DNA of 64,000 bases from Rhodosorus marinus CCMP1338 (lineage: Eukaryota; Plantae; Rhodophyta): positions 868,001 through 932,000 of the forward strand of contig JAMWBK010000003.1 of the NCBI GenBank assembly GCA_029953675.1. The letters run 5' to 3'. Of the stretch, positions 1-13,272 are shown piece by piece. The stretch's first letter is position 1; each line of letters opens with the position of its first letter. The notes under the pieces are model-generated. The model did not search any database and was not told the origin of the DNA. It was given only the letters and a program-made list of their open reading frames with translations. The position numbers and the translations under genes were made by a program.

Positions 1-900
1 AACCAAAATCAAAGATAACTATCGTCCAAATTAAGAAAATATCTTCTAAATATATTCTCTAGAATTATAAAAACAAGACTATATCCATAATTAATAAAAA
101 CAACGCAAAACGTTAGAATATGCCATCCTTGTTTTAGAGCACTTCGAGCCCGTCGTGGTTAAGCAAATGTGCCAAGGGGGTTGCTAAGGAGCGCCATCGG
201 ATGGCACAAAGCTGTGAGTTCGTGGTCAGTGGAGAGAGGGAGAAAGAGAGAGAGAGATAAGAACTCTTTCCTATAGTTCTCATAGTCTATTTCATTTCGG
301 TTTTTTCTATAATTCAAGAAGAAGACACACTTCGGATCATAGGGACGCGCGAAGTGGAGGAGAGAGGAGTTGAGTTGAGTATATAAACGGTAGAAGGTTA
401 GGAGAGGGAGAGAGAGTGCGGGTAGTGAGCAGAGATGGGCTTCCTTTCCTTTTGATTAGCCTTCCTATGGTCCTAGTTTTGCGGATCACGAGACGAAGTG
501 GAAATCCGTTTAGTGACAGAGGTGTGGTGTACCTTTGCTGTTGATTGAGAGCTAAGCTAGCTTTGAGAGCCTGATCTGGAATGACAGAGAAGCTTTCTGT
601 CCTTTCATTGTAGGAAGAAGAAGTTGGTTTTAGGGACCGTCACGGATTGTATAGTGAATCAGATAGAGAGGTGTTGGATATCTGTTTGGAGCATGGAGGA
701 AAGTCGGAAGTAGGAATCCCATATGTGTCTATGCGGTTCTGTGTAATTTTTTTTTGGTGGTTTCGATTTGTAGAGAATGGAAGCATGGAGACGAAAGTGA
801 TGTGATCCGTGAAGACGTAAATGTAACGGACAGCAAACCCTAGTGAGAAGAGTGTGATCTTTTTAGGGGCGTTTTGGGAAGGATCTGCTCGCAGTCAACG

Positions 901-2970
901 ATGGATGCAGACGTCGGTGACTATGTGGTCTGTTCAAGTCCAGAGTATATGGGAACGACTGGAAGGATTGTGCATATTGAGCGGGGCGGATCTGATCCAT
1001 GTATGAAGCTGAAATGGTATTGGGGGTTTTATGAGATCCTTAGGAATATTGATATGACGGGGAAGCCACCTATTGAGATTGGTGAACTGTACGCGACTAC
1101 AACAGAGTAAGTCCTAAGCACTACTACGCATCATTCTTCAAAAAAAAATTCGTGCGGTAAGTGAGAACGGACTTGCCGTTGGAGCTGGGCTAGATCCTAA
1201 ACTATGTTTTTGTTGAACCTCATTTAGAAAGAAACTGCCCGCGAACGTAACGATGCGGAAGATTAGGATAACTTCGAAGGATGTTTTTGACACGCTTCCT
1301 CAGGCAGGAAAGGGAACACAAGTTTTCTTTTGCCGCTTCGTTTGCAGTCTATCAGATAAGTAAGCAGTGGAAGCTTAATCTCGGAATCTCTTAGCTGGAG
1401 CTGCTTCTGATGACAGAATCGCTGCTTTGTTTTTAGGAAACTGACGGAGGCGAAAGAGGAGGACCTGGATTTTGAGCCCAGCCCCAGGAAGAGGAAAGCC
1501 GAGGATGTCGACGACACAGACGATCGTGTTCAGTGAGTACCAATCCAACGAAAGCTTGCACATCCTCCTACAGGAAAAAGCCTCCACACCCGCTTCTGAT
1601 TCGAGTTTACTTGCTTCGCTTTTGCAGAAAATCCGTCAACAAGATCAGGGAAGCAATGATTCCGGACTTCAACAAATGCAACATCGAGGACAAGAGGTTC
1701 GTGATGGATGCTTTGAAAACATACGCGAAATCTATGGTAAGAATAGACAGGAGACTTGTCCGATCTCCTTTGAAAATTGTTTCTGCTTTCAGCGCTGGTG
1801 CGTTCTAGGAACCCCAAAGACGGTCTCCACCGCCCTGACATCTGCTTCTAATTTGATGTTTAGAAAACCTTCCTCGACGACAACAAGAAGGCTGAGAACA
1901 AAATCACGAGGGTACTATTGACAACTTTTATAAGGTCACTGCCTCCTGCCAGTAAGAACCCGAAGATTAGACTCCGAAAACCCGCCACAACCGCGGAGGA
2001 TGAGAAGGTACTAAGAACAAAAGGTTGTGGTAAATTCAACTATCTTCCGTGAGCCTTTCTCAACCAGCGGTTGGTTTCATTCCTTTTGGATCAGGCGGCT
2101 GCAACAGCCACTGCGACAGCTGAAAAGAAGGATGACGGAACGGAGAAAGGAGAAGCGGTAAGGAAAGAAGGCGGTGCAAAACAAGAACAAGCGAAGGCGG
2201 CTGCTGAGCCTCGGGGACAAAGATTGAAGTTCGTGTCAGTCATGCCAGGTGTACAAGTTCCTGGCCAACCAGGACAGGTTGAAAATGATTTAACCATGAC
2301 GGGGGTCGCGCTAAATGGTGGGAATAGCGCTGCAAGCTTACCCCTGTTCGCAGCGGGGTCTAGTGTACCAGGTGCTCTGCTGATGCCACCGAGCCAGGCA
2401 ATGGCTTCGAGTGGAGGAGGAGCTCTGGCAGCTCAAGGAAACATCGCCGCAGCTCCAGTCTTGGCTATTAAGCCGAACAGCCCGTATCCAGAGAGACAGC
2501 TCATCCCAAACCTCGGCCGCGCCATGCCAATAGCAGAGGCTCGGCAGAACTTCCCGACGCAGCCGACTGTGATGGCTTCTACACCGCCGCGGACGTTTGA
2601 GAACGCTTCAGTTGTTTCAAAGCCGAGCTTGCCGGGTGTGGTTCAGCAGGAGAACAACAAAGCGGCGACGAAGGCGACAGAATCGCCTGCTAGAACGGTT
2701 CTAGAAAATGTAGTGGAGAACGAGGGGGCTTTTGACGAGCTTACGCTAGGGCAGCTGAGAGCGGACAAGCAAGGCCTTCAAGGGCTGGAAACTGGACTAC
2801 AAGGCAGCGTGATGAGAGGATCGGACAGGTCAATGTCCAGAGCGGAGAGATCACAAGTAGGAAGTGGTTTTGTGAATAGTCTAGATGCTTCTACCGATGA
2901 GAACTCCAGCCCGAAGATCGAAAATCAAACCCCTAAGAACGAAGCCTCTGATCTTCAAGGCAAACAATGA
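901..2970 (+). CDS. BAH-domain protein with a helical middle domain and a long low-complexity tail (multi-exon; both ends uncertain)
   Basis: Exon 901-1106 gives VGDYVV..TGRIVHI..LKWYW..GELYAT; exon ~1230-1370 gives KIRITSKDVF..VFFCRFVC, the typical BAH C-terminal strands. GT-AG introns are present (e.g. GTAAGT at 1107). The A/P/Q/S-rich ORF 2071-2970 follows. Confidence 0.55.
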
Positions 2971-3754
2971 GATGGAGGAAACTCAATGTCAACAGAGGAA
3001 CGTAGGCTTTCTAATCTGGACAAACCGAAGCGTGGACCTTTTTCTTTGGAGTCTACAGGCTCCGTGTGCATTCTTTTCGTCGTGAGAACCCAAACCTGGA
3101 TTTGGGTCTTGTTCGAAGGCCATTACGAGGATGCAAATGACGGTGAAGCTTGCTCGTGAGTCTTCGCTCTGCGACTGCTGAAGGACTACGACACTCGAAA
3201 GGTAGATCGTAACAATCGGATTGCGGAGCGAGGAGAGCGATTGGCAAGGTAGGATGGACTCTGATCTAGCAGACAGTGGCCATGAACTGTGGACGGGCTT
3301 GCATTCCATGTCCTGGCAAACCTGTAGGATGCAGGATTGGGGGAATGATACCATTTTTCTCGCGCTAATCAAACCGTGCTGACCAACTCTGGGGCAACAG
3401 TTTCTGCTGAGAAGAGGGCAATGATCGTTGTGCGGGCGCTGCGCTACTCTAGCAGGCTGCTTCGCTAAGGAGAGCGCATTCGATACGTTTTAGGAGGCAA
3501 CATGTATTTGTGTTTTTGAGGTCTAAATAACTAAATTGTTTTCAGAGTGGAACAGCTTGGCACTGGCTTTGATTTCCTGGATCCCTCACCACGAAGGCTG
3601 TCATAGCTTTTCTTGGATAGCAAGCAGTGGCATATCCCAGGCTTTATTACGACACGGCTTCTACATGCTTGCTCTACCAACGAGCGTGCAACTTGGCCTG
3701 ATATACTTGAGTTGGTCAGCTGCATACCCAGTACACTTCACGAGCAACGTAGGA

Positions 3755-4180
3755 CAGATCAGCTGTTCTCCAGTCCTGGTCTTGTGATTGAAAAGTGCTG
3801 CTGGAGGAACAGCAAGACAACGTTCTGGTTGAACGCGATGGGAACACTGAATGGGTGAAAACCGTTAAAACCGTGCCAGAGAGCCAAGCAGAATCGGACG
3901 ATGTCCGATTCTGCTTGTTCCTACTGCGCGCCGTGAACGCGGTGAACTTTAGAGTTTTGCACGCCCTATGCGCTTGACGAACAATATGGGACGGAGAAGC
4001 TGTTCTCCAGTCCGGGCTGGGCCTTGTGGTTAAACAAGCCCTGGTGAAGGAACTAACTCTCAGGCGAAGGTTCAGAATGAACGCGACTGGAACACTGAAA
4101 AGCTGGAACGATTGAAGCAATGCCTGAGCAGAATCAATCCGACGATGGCCGGCTGCTGTGCGCTGCGAACGCGGTAAAAA
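3755..4180. repeat. Diverged two-copy tandem duplication (~240 nt period)
   Basis: GCTGTTCTCCAGTCC..GAACGCGA..GGAACACTGAA..GCAGAATC..GACGATG..GAACGCGGT occurs at ~3760-3945 and again at ~4000-4170. Confidence 0.6.
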
Positions 4181-5804
4181 ATCACTAATTGCACGAGCAC
4201 AAATTCCAGCCATAAAGTGGATCGGAGCGTAAATCTCAAATCGCGTGCTGGCTGAAGATCGTATCATGAGGAGATCTTATTCGGGAACTGATGTCCCTAT
4301 CCTCACATCAGAATCAAAGATTCTTGGCATCATGTCGGTGTGCCCGTTCCAGGCCCGAAGCTTCCCTCGGAAAAGAGAGGAAGAAAGCGACAACTTTCTT
4401 TTTCTAACAGACACGTGGGAACGGCAGCCTCCAACATCCCCAAACCCTTGAGATAGGGACAGGTCTCCTCTTTTGGACCCATGACATCAACAGCTAAAAA
4501 AAAAAGAAATAGTATCGTCTACATGGCCCGGGGCAGGGACCCGTGTCACACATCCTGACGCTGTTCAACGCCTCGTAACGACAATCGACAAGTGTCGGTC
4601 CGGCCCTGATAACAAACTCCAAAACACGGGGCCAATCCTCATTTCCAATCATTTACTCAGATTCATAATTTTGTTTTTTTAAAACAATCTCACCCTTGGT
4701 GAGATGGAACTATAAAAATTTGCCAAATTTCATGGCTCGTCTGACATCGCCTAAAAAAAAACTCTAAAACAATAGCGCCCAACTTCCAATCCTCCCCGAC
4801 CAAGAAAAATGGCCTTTTTAAGAATTAGAGCCTATTCGGGATACAATGATTCCATTTTTTATTGACTATTCAATAGTATTTGGATATGCCTGGAAGATTG
4901 TCCAACCAGTAGTTGAATTCCAGAGATATTTTGTGAAACAGCAAGTTTTATCTTCAACCTTCCCCCACCCCCCTTCAAACGTAGCCAGATAGATTCAGAT
5001 TTCGCGTGGCAGTAAAAATTTGAGGCCTACTTTTGTGGTGACGTACTGCTCTTTTTTCGGCTTTTTTGTTTGCTTTGGGTTGCTTAATTGAATTTTGTCC
5101 AATTCCGCTATAGGGGGTATGAAAACAAAGAACAACTGTTGTCATACTACCTAGGCGAATTATGTAGAATATGATTCTATACTATTTTATTTCCAAATTA
5201 TATCTTTTGGTATAGCAAAATGAGAGGGAACAGAGGGGGGTAAGATTTTATGCGTAAAACTCATATGTTTGGAAGGAGGGGTGTTGCTGGAGGTAAAAAA
5301 TAGTTTTTTTTTGTCTATAAATATTCCGTCAGCTGATTGCTTACCCTAGAAAAAAAAAAAAAAAAGCAAACTCGCATATGCGTCTTCAATCATCTTCTCG
5401 AGATACTCTTTTGGGTGTGGGAGGGGGAGGGTTCTGACACCTTCAAAATAAGTTAGAAAACATAAATTACTTTTGGATTGATTGCTTATCAGATGACACT
5501 GGGAAAAGAAAAAAAGCAAAATCAGTCAAAAAAGAAATATGGAAAATGTTTTGAAAAAGGATAGTTGGGAGTTTCTGAGCTGGGAAATGACTGGTCAGGA
5601 ATTGCAATTCGGGAAGGGTGTCCCATGTCATGATGTTGGACGGGGCACGGGAGAAACGGAGGCACAGAAAATGTCATGGAAATGAGGGTATATGAGGTGC
5701 TGGGAAGCAGAGGATCTGGTAGCTGTCGATGGTTACGGAGGGCAGGGACATGACAAGATCCGTGAATCACAGAGCAAGATTGGAAAATTCTTTTTATTGA
5801 CGAC

Positions 5805-7776
5805 ATGGATAGTGCGTATTCAAAGTACACGTCGAATCGTAAGATTCTGACATGGGTAGGGAAGGTTGCAAAGCTGTGCCGTCCCAAGAACGTTGTTTTC
5901 GTAGATGGATCGCGAGATGAGCACGATAGATTGTGTGAAGAGCTGGTGCAGAGTGGGACCTTTATTCGTCTCAACGAGGAGAAGCGCCCCAACTCGTACC
6001 TGGCCAGGTCAGATCCGAGAGACGTTGCACGAGTAGAGAAAGCTACCTACATCTGTACATCGAAGCGGGAAGATGCTGGTGAAACCAACAACTGGGAGGA
6101 TCCCGCGGTTATGAAGGAAAAGCTGGATGGATTACTAGCAGGTTGCATGGCGGGAAGGACGATGTACGTCATTCCCTTTTGTATGGGTCCTGTGAAATCC
6201 CCATTTGCTCGTTTTGGAGTGCAAATAACGGACTCCCCATACGCAGTTGTCCACTCGTACATAATGACGAGAATTGGGCAGAAGGTCCTAAACGCGATTG
6301 GAAAACGCCAGGACTTCTTGCCTTGCATTCATTCTGTCGGATACCCGCTTGAAGATGGCCGCCCCGATGTACCGTGGCCATGTGACCCGGACAACAAGTA
6401 TATCTGCCATTTTCCGGAGGACCCATCCGTCCTGTCTTATGGTTCCGGCTATGGTGGCAATGCTCTGCTGGGGAAGAAGTGCTTTGCACTGCGCATCGCT
6501 TCATACATGGGGAAGCAGGAGGGCTGGCTGGCAGAGCACTGCCTTATTATCGGATGCAAGTCTCCTAGTGGAGTGAAGAAGTACTTTGCAGCTGCCTTCC
6601 CCTCCGCCTGCGGTAAAACCAACTTGGCCATGCTCCGACCGAGTCTTCCCGGCTGGGAGGTTACTTGTGTTGGAGATGACATTGCTTGGCTAAGAGTGAG
6701 TTTTTGTTAACCGCTATGTGCACTGAGCTCGTCGATGTTGTGAACGCAACTCTAACAACGATGTTGCTTTCCCTACCAGGTTGGACCAGACGGCCGCATG
6801 TATGGAGTGAACCCAGAGGCTGGTTTCTTCGGGGTTGCGCCCGGGACATCGATGACAACAAATTACTCTGCGATGCAGGCCATCTCTCAGGATACAATTT
6901 TCACCAACGTGGCTTTGACACCTGACGGGGATGTTTGGTGGGAGGGCATGACGAACGAGAAGCCGGAGGAGGTTAGTCTCTGGATCTCTCTTGTGCTAGC
7001 TGGCAAAAGGTTTCTAACTTCTGCGCTTTCCTATCCATGCGACATAGCTGATCGACTGGCGGGGAGAAAAATGGAACCCGAACTCCGATACCCCTGCTGC
7101 CCATCCGAACTCAAGATACACGTGTCCCGCTCAGAATTGTCCAATAATTGATGAAGACTGGGAGGCACCTGATGGTGTTCCAATTTCCGGGATATTGTTT
7201 GGCGGCCGCCGAAAGACTGTGATTCCACTTGTGCAGGAAGCCCGAAGCTGGAGGCAGGGTGTTTTTATGGGATCATGCTGTGCATCGGAGAGAACCGCAG
7301 CTGCCGAAGGCAAAGTGGGAGAACTTCGCATAGACCCCTTTGCGATGATTCCATTCTGCGGATATAACATGGCGGACTACTTCTCCCATTGGCTTGAAAT
7401 GGGTCACAGAATGGGCCCTCACGCGCCAAAAATATTCTTCGTTAACTGGTTTCGGAAAGGAAGCAACAACCAGTTTCTGTGGCCCGGTTTCAGCGAAAAC
7501 ATTCGAGTTCTAAAGTGGATCATGGCTCGAACGGAGGACGATGTCGCCGTGGAGGACTCCCCGTACGGGTACCTTCCAAACCCGACGGACATTGACATGG
7601 ACGGGCTCGACCTTGACCAAGACACTGTTAATACGTTGCTTAGCGTTGATGCTGATGGCCTGGAGCATGATATTCAGCAATTCGGTGCATTTTATAAGCG
7701 CTTGGGTGACCGTCTACCAGAAACCCTGATGGAGGAAATGTCCCTGCTGAAGCAGCGACTTTTAAAATATATCTAA
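5805..7776 (+). CDS. pckG: Phosphoenolpyruvate carboxykinase, GTP-dependent, cytosolic type (3 exons)
   Basis: Signature [12 protein letters not shown] (~6596-6630), plus [54 protein letters not shown] and [15 protein letters not shown]. Introns at ~6696-6780 and ~6972-7045. Confidence 0.97.
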
Positions 7777-8104
7777 GCCGCGAATTGTTCCTAAACCATG
7801 GAAACGAGAGAGAGACAAATCGTTCAAGTCTACGGCTGAAGCGAAGACAGACCCAGACGCCAGACCGGCCGGCAGAGACCGGACTGTGCGTCTTGCGTAT
7901 TGAAACGAAACGCATGAGTGAGAATGGACGTTCTTCTCAAATCCAGTAGTTCTTTCAAGAAGTAATCTTTCCTGAACCTTTTTTTCCAGATGTATTTAAA
8001 TGAACTGATGGCGAAAGATCCGATCCTGCTCTCACACGAAAATCACATTCGAAGGGATCCCGTCCACAATATTTTAGCTCTACACACGCATACAAACACT
8101 GATA

Positions 8105-9577
8105 CTATGTACTACCCCGTCGCTCCTCGAACGATACACGACTGGGAGTGGTCTTGTTCCATACGACACCCAGAGTTGAAGTTACGATGATAGTCGCACC
8201 GATCATTGAAGATCCACTCGGGATTTCATCCAGGAAGACGATTCCGAAAATGAACGAGAACACGATCTAACCAGAAGAAGAGCCAAAACCTCAGAACAAC
8301 CAGAAGCAGAATCCGTACGAGCCGCGATTCGATGGCGCAGTGATCATCTCCGACTACGGTGATGGCGCTAAGCCCATCAACGACCGGGAAAATAACGAAC
8401 CTGAAGATTTGTAACCGCAGCTCCCAGACCAGCTCGACAAAGCTGTAACCCACGGCTTATAAAGACCTGAGCAAGCAGACCGAAGAATCCAACTCCCAAG
8501 AACACCAACCATTCAGCAGCAGCACTTGGCATGTGCCAACGCCGTTCACCAAAGACGAATCCACCTGAAGAGCGATGACGACGTGTGAGCCATCAGCTTT
8601 AAGCGGGTCTTCAGTTGGGAAATCTTTGATTCTAGATCCGTACCAATCGGTGCTAAGACAATACCAAGGATTCCCAGGTACATGACGTTCATCATATAAT
8701 GGACCGATACTCCCATCTTCTTTATGACGATGTAGATCGATGCCTGGGCCAATGCAGCCAGGATGGCAGCTCCAGTGCCAAGGAGCCTCTGCTGCATCTC
8801 ATGTGTGACCTCATGAGCGAAAAGCAAGTGCGGCTTTGCGACGAGGGCGATCCCACATAGGCAGAGAACCCCGAAGAACCCGTCGACGACCTCAACCTTC
8901 TCACCGAGGAAGATCCTCGAGAAGATGAGAGTGAAGATCGGCATGGTAAAGATGAGCACCGTACATTCTCCCAGCGATAAGAGAGAAAGAGAGTAGAACA
9001 AACAGACTACACCAAAACCACCAGCGAGAGCTCGGATCACCAACCAAATTCTTGAAAGTCAGGAAAGATCTGGTTGAGTTGCTCGAAATCTCATTTCAAC
9101 AGTCTCGAAGGCTAAAATTCGCAACTCACCGCATATCTGGTGGGCCAAGCGGATCCTTCTTGATCCACAACAACACGATCGTTGCCGCAAAGAACTGGAA
9201 CAATGAACGGGACAAAACCAGCTGAAAGGATGCAAATCTGTTCTCCTTGAAGACGACACCTGAAAGATACAAAGCAAACAGGATGTTTTTCGCGCCGAAT
9301 TTCGTTAGTAGAGCGGGAGAAAAGAAGGCGAAAGATTGTTCTAACCATCACTTGAGCTCTTTTTTGGAGGTGGTTATAGCATACCCACTCTCACCAGAAG
9401 CGCCATCATTGAAAAGCATGCTGCCGAGCATGCCACGAGGAGCGCACCAGCGACCTCTCTCGTAGCTGAATAGTTGGATTGGCTCCCTCTTCTTCTAGCT
9501 CTTCTTCGATGTGGAGGAGGATGCTGTGTTGGATTCTGCGCGGCAGTTAACGGCGTCCTCTCCCCATCCTGGTCCAT
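8105..9577 (-). CDS. EamA/DMT (SLC35G-like) transporter, multi-exon
   Basis: Start MDQDGERTPL; TM segments GALLVACSAACFSMMALLVR, RALAGGFGVVCLFYSL..LGECTVLIFTMPIFTLIFSRIFLGEK; last exon IVFSFIFGIVFLDEIPSGSSMIGATIIV; stop at 8105-8107. Confidence 0.88.
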
Positions 9578-10421
9578 CCAACTCAAGAATCCGTTCTCGC
9601 CCTCGCCCTCCTCCCCCCGCGAAAAAACCTTCCTCGCGAATCAGCCTAAAACCAGATTACGTCCTTTTGCTTGTTCAGATAAATCAATGATCAGAGACCC
9701 TTGATAGAATCCTCTGATGTAGACACACGCTGCGCTCCTTCAGCAGAGCAATTGAGTTGTAGCCCAGCACCGCCGTTTCCCCAAGCTTGTGAGATCCAAT
9801 ATCCAAGCACCAAACCCTAGGCGTAAACCCCAAGAGCGTCGTAGGAGACAAAACCGCAAAGTATTTGCTGCTTGATGACGCAAGGGAGGTTACAGGGATC
9901 GTGAAAGCGCTGCCCTCTCAATACTACCTCCGTGACCATCCAGACGGACTCCAGTACTTGAATGAGAGGGCTGGTAATACCGAGAAGATGGAAAGCTGAG
10001 GAAGACTGAGCTTCAAGAAGCTTCCTTGCAAAAGCCACTTACTACGACTCAACAAGATCGGAGTTTTCAACAAGTGCAACGAGATTTGGCACCAGGCAGT
10101 GAGCAACAGGAGATTCGAAAGTGTTAGGCCATACCTCCAGAATGGATATGAAGAGAGTATGCAACAACTCTGTGGCGTAAACGCTAGAACTGAGCTGAGA
10201 TCCTCTGGTATAGCAACCTGCGCGACGCGTTTCACAGTTGGCGCTCTGATAATGTCCCGAGGCAGTGCTAGCTTCACGTAGCGAAGTCAGTGAAAAGGTC
10301 TCTGCGTGACGGAATTGATAGAGAATAAGGTGGAGAACTGCCCGAGTAGACGAGCCAGCTGGCGATGAGCTAATGGCCTGAGCAATCTGCTTGAATCGAT
10401 CGGTGGTCAAGCACTAGTCAC

Positions 10422-11946
10422 ATGAGCGTCACCATGTCGGATGTTGAAGCTGGCCGTGGCATTGGGACGTCTGCGGAAGGTGGTCGAGCGATGGCTCGAT
10501 TTTTGGGCGTGTATCGACGAGAGCTCGAGCTGATCTTCTGCGTGATCGGCCTGTACCTCTCCTACTTATCATATGGAATACTACAAGAGAAAATGTGAGA
10601 TCGGCGTGGGCTGCTCTGCTTTTCCCATCGGGACGAAGATGCGCTGCGCGTCTTCTGCTTGTTCTGACAGACCTTTTGGCACTGTTCCTTCTTTCTGGAC
10701 TTTTCGGTTTCTTTCGTTGATTCTAGATTTAAGGCGGAGTACGGTGGTGAAAATTTCAGATCCCCGATGCTTATGGTGCTCTGCCAGTGCGCTGTTGGCA
10801 GCATCACGGGGAAGGCGATCGTCGCCTTCATGTCCACGGAAACGGACGTGAACTCTTCCAAGGCAGATGCTCCCCAGTATAAATTCAGCCTTTGTGCGTT
10901 TGCGGTTCTGTCTTCAATGGTCCTATCGAATGCTGCCATTCAGTTCATCAGCTACCCGCTCCAAGTGCTTGCAAAATCCTGCAAGATGATTCCCGTGATG
11001 TTCATTGGAAAGGTCATCCTTCGTAGAGTCTACACAATCAAAGACTACGCCAGAGTTTTCTTGCTCACGGCCGGTGTCCTACTGTTCTCCAACGCCAACA
11101 TTGAACTGTTGAAAACCAGCGATGATGCGCTTGGGAGTCATGGGGGTTTGGGGCTGTTGCTCGTCGTCGCCGCGCTCTGTTTCGACGGGGTCGGCGGTCC
11201 GTACGCTGAGCGTACTTGCAAGGAATACGGCACAACCAGCCATGAACTCATGTTGTATCAGAATCTCTGGTCCGTTCCGATACTTATCGCCGGTGAGGAA
11301 AAAAGCATCAACATCGAAGAAACACTCGCAGGGGAATGGAGCGCGCTCTTGGCTTCTGCTCCCGGCAACCTTGCTTGGAAGTATTGTGCTAGAAACGGTC
11401 TTGCACAGGGCTTGAAAGCTTGGAAATGGTGGCATGATGTTCTTGATGGAGAGGGTGCCTAGCTCTGTCAGAAGTATTCAGCGAATTTCCGAGCTTGCTA
11501 GCAGTGCTCATCGTTGCTAGATCGTTGTCAGTACTAAGAATCAGCAAGCTGTCTCATGGAAAGATCCGAAAATTCAGTCTCAAGTTTACACTTGACGTTT
11601 GTTCCACTTCTCTGCAGGTATTCTCGTTTATGGAGAATTGGGATACATTATTAGCTTCATAAGCAAGCATCCGGAAGTGCTTATGGACTTGTTCATGTTC
11701 AGCTTATCGAGCTCTGCGGGTCAGGTTTTTGTGTTCTATATCCTGAGGAACTACTCGGCTTTGATATGCACGGCAGTAACGACCACGAGAAAATTCTTCA
11801 CGGTGCTTGTGTCAATTGTATATTACAATCACTCGCTTAGCTTGCAACAGTGGCTTGCTGTTTTCATGGTCTTTGGAGGAATTCTGTGGGAGGTTGTGGA
11901 CCATATTGCTCAGAAAAGATCAGTGACTCAGACCCGGAAGGGTTAG
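10422..11946 (+). CDS. SLC35B1: UDP-galactose/nucleotide-sugar transporter (SLC35B1/UTR-like)
   Basis: IFCVIGLYLSYLSYGILQEKI, SNAAIQFISYPLQVLAKSCKMIPVM, LCFDGVGG, GQVFVFY..AVTTTRKFFTVLVSIV. One intron spans 11293-11617. Confidence 0.9.
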
Positions 11947-12234
11947 ACATGGGATGAGATCTTCCACGTTCTGTGACCATGTTATCGTAGTCTTTAGCTC
12001 GACGAACTTGAGGGGCTGTCTGGCTGGTAGCCAACGCTCAGCAACGCTTGGTGGGATAGAAACTGCTCTGCGCAAGGCGAAGGAATACGACTTACGGAAA
12101 GGCCTGATAATGCTTTTCGAGCTGATGCTTATCCCAGCAGCAACACAAACGTGAAAGGTGAGAAAAGGAAAGTGCGACTGGCTGTCCGTATCTCGAATAA
12201 TCTCGACACGATCACAATGAATGGAGATGTCAGA

Positions 12235-12512
12235 TTAGCGTAGGCTCTTGACCTCTTGTCCAAGGTCAAAGTAGATGGCGACAACCATCAACAGCGTCCC
12301 ACAGTGGAAGACCAGCAAACCAAGAACGCCCCAGGAACGTTTCTGATGTGGAAAAGAGCAAAAATATAGTTGCAATCAGCCCGTATCAGTACCATTTTAG
12401 TGGCCATAGAAAGATATGAAGGATAGACACAGGCGGACACAAAAGTTCCATTCGTCAACAACACATAGACTGTCCCATCCTCACCCAAAAATCCATCCTC
12501 AAGATGTCCCAT
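12235..12512 (-). CDS. Small hypothetical membrane protein (~75 aa, 2 exons)
   Basis: MGHLEDGFLG..LSMATKM, a 50-nt GTACTG..CATCAG intron, then KRSWGVLGLLVFHCGTLLMVVAIYFDLGQEVKSLR-stop; two hydrophobic stretches. Confidence 0.5.
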
Positions 12513-13272
12513 TCCATCCAAATCCAATCACAACGGAAGAATTGATTGAATATGCAATCAATCAACAACCTACAACCCCGACCCCCTCCCCCCCCCTCCT
12601 AGAACGTCCTGAAGGGTACTGTCATGATCACAAGAAAGTTATACGCAGGGTAAGGGGTGAGAAATATCTCTTTTAGTTTTGTATTTAATTCTATAATCCC
12701 CCCTGACGGACTTTTCAAAGGGGTAGCAAAAAGGTCTACCTCGGAAATTTTCTGATAATGAGGAAGGGGGTAGTTTGAGTGAAGCTGAAGGATGCCGTCG
12801 GTAGGGGTTTTTTGGAGGTTGACCGAACATGTCTGCGCCGATGGGGTTCTAGCAGTGCGAGAGAGACTAATGGTTTTGATCTCGATACGAAGCTGAGATA
12901 GATCATTGCAATTTTTTGAAGATCAGAAAATCCCTGAGGAGGAACTCCTAGTTCACGGATCAATGCGGGCCTGGAGGTATTGGGCACCGACAGTAGGTTC
13001 GGGAGGTGGAGTGATCAAAGGGAAGAGGTGGAATGGGGCAGGTTGGAATAGGATGGGGAGTCGCTGTGGGTAAAATCGCGTTTGGGTGGGGGGAGAGGAA
13101 GAGGGGGAGTTGTAGGCTTTGTTTAGTTTTGTTGCTTTAATAGAAATAAGATTTATCTGATCCATCATCTTGTAGGACGGGCTTTTCTTCTTTTTTGTTG
13201 GTAGTTTGGTCAATAGTTTTTGATCAGTGCTTTTGTTGTTCTGCTCGTGTTGGTGTTGAATTGCTTGGGAAG

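Noticed and set aside
9817-10410. Minus-strand ORFs upstream of the EamA gene (122, 117 and 73 aa)
   Set aside because: Could not join them into a consistent spliced ORF or recognise a family; may be an orphan gene or UTR.
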